Shown piece after piece: positions 61,032 through 64,000 of a stretch of 64,000 nucleotides of DNA (position 1 is the first letter of the stretch; each line of letters opens with the position of its first letter). Source of the stretch: Acidobacteriota bacterium (GTDB lineage: Bacteria; Acidobacteriota; UBA890; WLXD01). A program made the position numbers and the translations under genes. The stretch lies in contig CAXWPH010000015.1 of the NCBI GenBank assembly GCA_963666055.2, positions 800,001 to 864,000 of the forward strand, in the 5' to 3' direction. Below the pieces are notes generated by a model. It searched no databases. It was not told the DNA's origin and was given only the letters and a program-made list of their open reading frames with translations.

Positions 61032-64000
61032 ATGATGGCACGGCGGGTTGCCTTCACCGTGATTGTGGCGGCAACTCTCGCCTGTGGGCTGTCCGCGATC
61101 GTACCCGCGGCGCGCGCCCAGCCGCAGACCCCGTCCGCGATACCCGAGTTCAGCCGCGACATCCAGCCGCTCCTCGCTGCGAACTGCTTGGTGTGCCACG
61201 GCTCCGACGAATCGACTCGCATGAGCGATCTTCGCCTCGACACGCCGGCTGGTCCGTTGTCGGCCGTCGTTCCGGGCGATGCGGCGAGTAGCACGCTGTA
61301 CCAACGGTTGACCGCGCGTGACGGTCTCGAGCGCATGCCACCCGTCGGCTCCGGGCTAGCGCTGACGGAAGGCGAGATCGAGTCGATCCGTGCGTGGATT
61401 GACGCCGGCGCCAAACTGGGGACTGGAGTGGCGCTCGTGCCGGTGATGCTGGCGAGCGATCGAGTCATGGATTTCGACCGCGACGTGCGACCGATCCTGT
61501 CCGAGAACTGTTTCCTTTGCCACGGGCCTGACGACTCAGTGCGCCAGCGGGGACTTCGGCTCGACGTGGAGGAGGGGTTGTTCGGCGATCGCGGACGATT
61601 CGGTGGTCCCGTCATCGTGCCCGGCGCTTCGGCCGAGAGCGCCCTTTACCAGCGCATCGCCGAGGAGTCCGAGCACCGCCGTATGCCGAAGGCGGGCTCG
61701 GGTCTGTCGCTGACGCCGAACGACATCGAAACGATCCGTGTATGGATTGATCAGGGCGCCGAGTGGGAGCCAGCGTGGGCGTTCGTCGCTCCCGTGCGAC
61801 CCGAGATCCCGGCGGTCACAGACGGGGACTGGGGCCGGAACCCGATCGATGCTTTCGTACGCGCTCGCCTGGAGCGGGAAGGGTTGGAACCATCGGAGGT
61901 CGCTGACCGGTCGACCCTGATACGGCGCGCTTCCTATGATCTTACCGGTCTTCCGCCCACCCTGGCGGAGGTCGAGTCGTACTTGGCCGACGACTCGCCG
62001 GACGCCTACGAAAAAGTGGTCGACCGATTGTTGAGCTCGCCGCGCTACGGTGAGCGCATGACGATGCGCTGGATGGATCTGGCGCGTTACGCCGACACGC
62101 ACGGCTACCACATCGACAGTCACCGTGACATGTGGCCCTGGCGTGACTGGGTGATCGAGGCGTACAACGCCAACATGCCGTTCGACCGGTTCACCATCGA
62201 GCAGCTTGCCGGCGACCTCTTGCCTGACCCGACGCGGGCGCAGCGGATTGCCACCGGCTTCAACCGCAACCACATGATCAACTACGAAGGTGGCGCGATC
62301 CCCGAAGAGTACCTGGTCGAGTATGTCGTCGACCGGCTCGATACTACTTCAACGGTCTGGATGGGTCTGACGATGGGGTGCAGCCGGTGTCATGACCACA
62401 AGTACGACCCCATTAGCCAACGGGATTTCTATCGCTTCTTCGCCTTCTTCAACAATGTCGACGAGGTGGGGCTGGACGGCATGCGCGGCAACGCGGACCC
62501 GTTCGTGCGCGTGCCGACGCTCGACGAGGGCCGGGCGCTGGCCGCGCTCCGAGGGCGGATCGTGGCGCTCGAAGCCGAGCTGCCGGAGGCGACGATCGCT
62601 GAGCTGCAGGAGGCGTGGGAGGCGACCGCCCAGGCGACAGTTCCGATGGCCCCGCGTGACGATCTCGTTGCGCACTTCGAGCTGGACGGCGATCTTGCCG
62701 ACGCGAGCGGTCACTACCCACCCGCCCTGGCCAGCAGCACGTACCTCGCATACGACGACGGCCGTATAGGCGAGGCGGCGGCGTTCGACGGCGAAACATA
62801 CGTCGAGCTTGGCGATGGCTCGGCGCTGGACCTGGACGCGGAGCAGGCGTTCTCGATTGCCGCCTGGGTGCGCCCGGGAACAAGGCGGGCCCGCTACTCG
62901 GTCGTCTCGAAGATCGACGAGCAGCGCGGCTACCGGGGCTACGCCGTTTCGTTCGGACCGTCGATTGTCTTGCCACGGACCACGATCGGGGCGCATCTGT
63001 ACTTCAGGTTGATCCACGACTGGCCGTCGAGCGTGCTGTCGGTCAGGACGCGCGAGCCGCTGTACATGGGCCAGTGGCAGCACGTGACCATTGTCTATGA
63101 CGGATCGGGCGATGCGGCGAGCGTATTGCTGTACGTGGATGGCGAGCCGGTCGAGGTCGAGATCGAGCACGACCAGCTCAACGGCACCATCCGATCAGCC
63201 GCGGCGCTGCGGATCGGCGGTGACCTTCATGTCGGCTCGCCTCGGCCCGAGAAGGGCTACACGGGACATATCGACGACCTGCGTTTCTACGCGCGACCGA
63301 TCGACGCCGACGAGATCGACCGCCTGGTGGCCGACCTGCCGGTGCGGAGCATCCTCGATGAGTTACACGCCGAGCCGTCCGAGGAGCCGCCCGACGGCAA
63401 CGAGGAGGAAACGGGTCTGAACGAAGTGCAGGCCGAGGAGCTCCGCGACTACTTCCTCAAACGGTACGCACCGCCCCAGTACCGGCGCGCTCACCGCGAG
63501 CTGCAGGCCCTCAGGAGCGAGCTGGCCGCGCTCGAAGACACCGTCGTCACGACGATGGTCATGGCGGAGCGCGAGGAACCGCGCCAGACATTCATCCTGC
63601 GCCGGGGCGACTATCGAGACCCGATGGATCCCGTCTCGCCGGGCACACCCAGTGCCCTGCCGCCGATGGCCGTCGGTGCGGAGCCCAACAGGCTCGGTTT
63701 GGCCCGATGGCTCGTCGATCCCGTGCACCCGCTCACCGCACGGGTCGCCGTGAACCGGTATTGGGAGATGCACTTCGGCACCGGCTTGGTCAAGACGCTG
63801 GAGGACTTCGGGACCCGGAGCGAGCTTCCGAGTCACCCCGAGCTGCTCGACTGGCTAGCTACCGAGTTCGTCCGGTCGGGGTGGGACGTCAAGGCCATGC
63901 AGCGGCTGATCGTCACCTCGTCTACGTATCGGCAGTCGTCGCGCCTGACGCCTTGGCATGCGGAGCATGATCCAGAGAACCGGCTGCTGAGTCGGGCGTC
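61032..64000 (+). CDS. Planctomycete-type cytochrome c / DUF1549 / LamG / DUF1553 protein, 3'-partial
   Basis: Absent from the ORF track because it has no stop in the window; CLVCH, CFLCH, CSRCH; '[10 protein letters not shown]', 'RLGLARWL', '[10 protein letters not shown]'. Confidence 0.9.
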   Translation, partial: MMARRVAFTVIVAATLACGLSAIVPAARAQPQTPSAIPEFSRDIQPLLAANCLVCHGSDESTRMSDLRLDTPAGPLSAVVPGDAASSTLYQRLTARDGLERMPPVGSGLALTEGEIESIRAWIDAGAKLGTGVALVPVMLASDRVMDFDRDVRPILSENCFLCHGPDDSVRQRGLRLDVEEGLFGDRGRFGGPVIVPGASAESALYQRIAEESEHRRMPKAGSGLSLTPNDIETIRVWIDQGAEWEPAWAFVAPVRPEIPAVTDGDWGRNPIDAFVRARLEREGLEPSEVADRSTLIRRASYDLTGLPPTLAEVESYLADDSPDAYEKVVDRLLSSPRYGERMTMRWMDLARYADTHGYHIDSHRDMWPWRDWVIEAYNANMPFDRFTIEQLAGDLLPDPTRAQRIATGFNRNHMINYEGGAIPEEYLVEYVVDRLDTTSTVWMGLTMGCSRCHDHKYDPISQRDFYRFFAFFNNVDEVGLDGMRGNADPFVRVPTLDEGRALAALRGRIVALEAELPEATIAELQEAWEATAQATVPMAPRDDLVAHFELDGDLADASGHYPPALASSTYLAYDDGRIGEAAAFDGETYVELGDGSALDLDAEQAFSIAAWVRPGTRRARYSVVSKIDEQRGYRGYAVSFGPSIVLPRTTIGAHLYFRLIHDWPSSVLSVRTREPLYMGQWQHVTIVYDGSGDAASVLLYVDGEPVEVEIEHDQLNGTIRSAAALRIGGDLHVGSPRPEKGYTGHIDDLRFYARPIDADEIDRLVADLPVRSILDELHAEPSEEPPDGNEEETGLNEVQAEELRDYFLKRYAPPQYRRAHRELQALRSELAALEDTVVTTMVMAEREEPRQTFILRRGDYRDPMDPVSPGTPSALPPMAVGAEPNRLGLARWLVDPVHPLTARVAVNRYWEMHFGTGLVKTLEDFGTRSELPSHPELLDWLATEFVRSGWDVKAMQRLIVTSSTYRQSSRLTPWHAEHDPENRLLSRA

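Overview
High-GC bacterial window with no rRNA, tRNA or CRISPR array visible. The gene content (many PQQ beta-propellers, DUF1592/DUF1552/ankyrin and DUF1549/DUF1553 cytochrome clusters, a FxxGFESGD motif) suggests Acidobacteriota, which is an inference. Main observations: (1) two selenoprotein genes that the ORF track splits at an in-frame TGA, each followed by a bacterial SECIS-like hairpin: a U-G-S-C-x-x-C protein (6287..6823) paired with a redoxin-fused partner, and a lipoprotein W-U-P-Y-C peroxiredoxin-like/DsbD-N fusion (15528..16757); (2) a 279-bp MITE/REP-like element with 34-bp terminal inverted repeats whose CTAG ends provide the stop codons of two convergent genes; (3) an animal-type fibronectin type II module inserted in a PhoD phosphatase; (4) a pilin-like gene coupled to a HAMP-GAF-HD-GYP sensor; (5) duplicated quinohemoprotein dehydrogenases lacking the vicinal Cys-Cys, flanking decayed genes and an IS3 remnant; (6) normally cytoplasmic enzyme families carrying signal peptides. 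Several genes are frameshifted, deleted or interrupted. All product calls come from motif recognition, not database searches.
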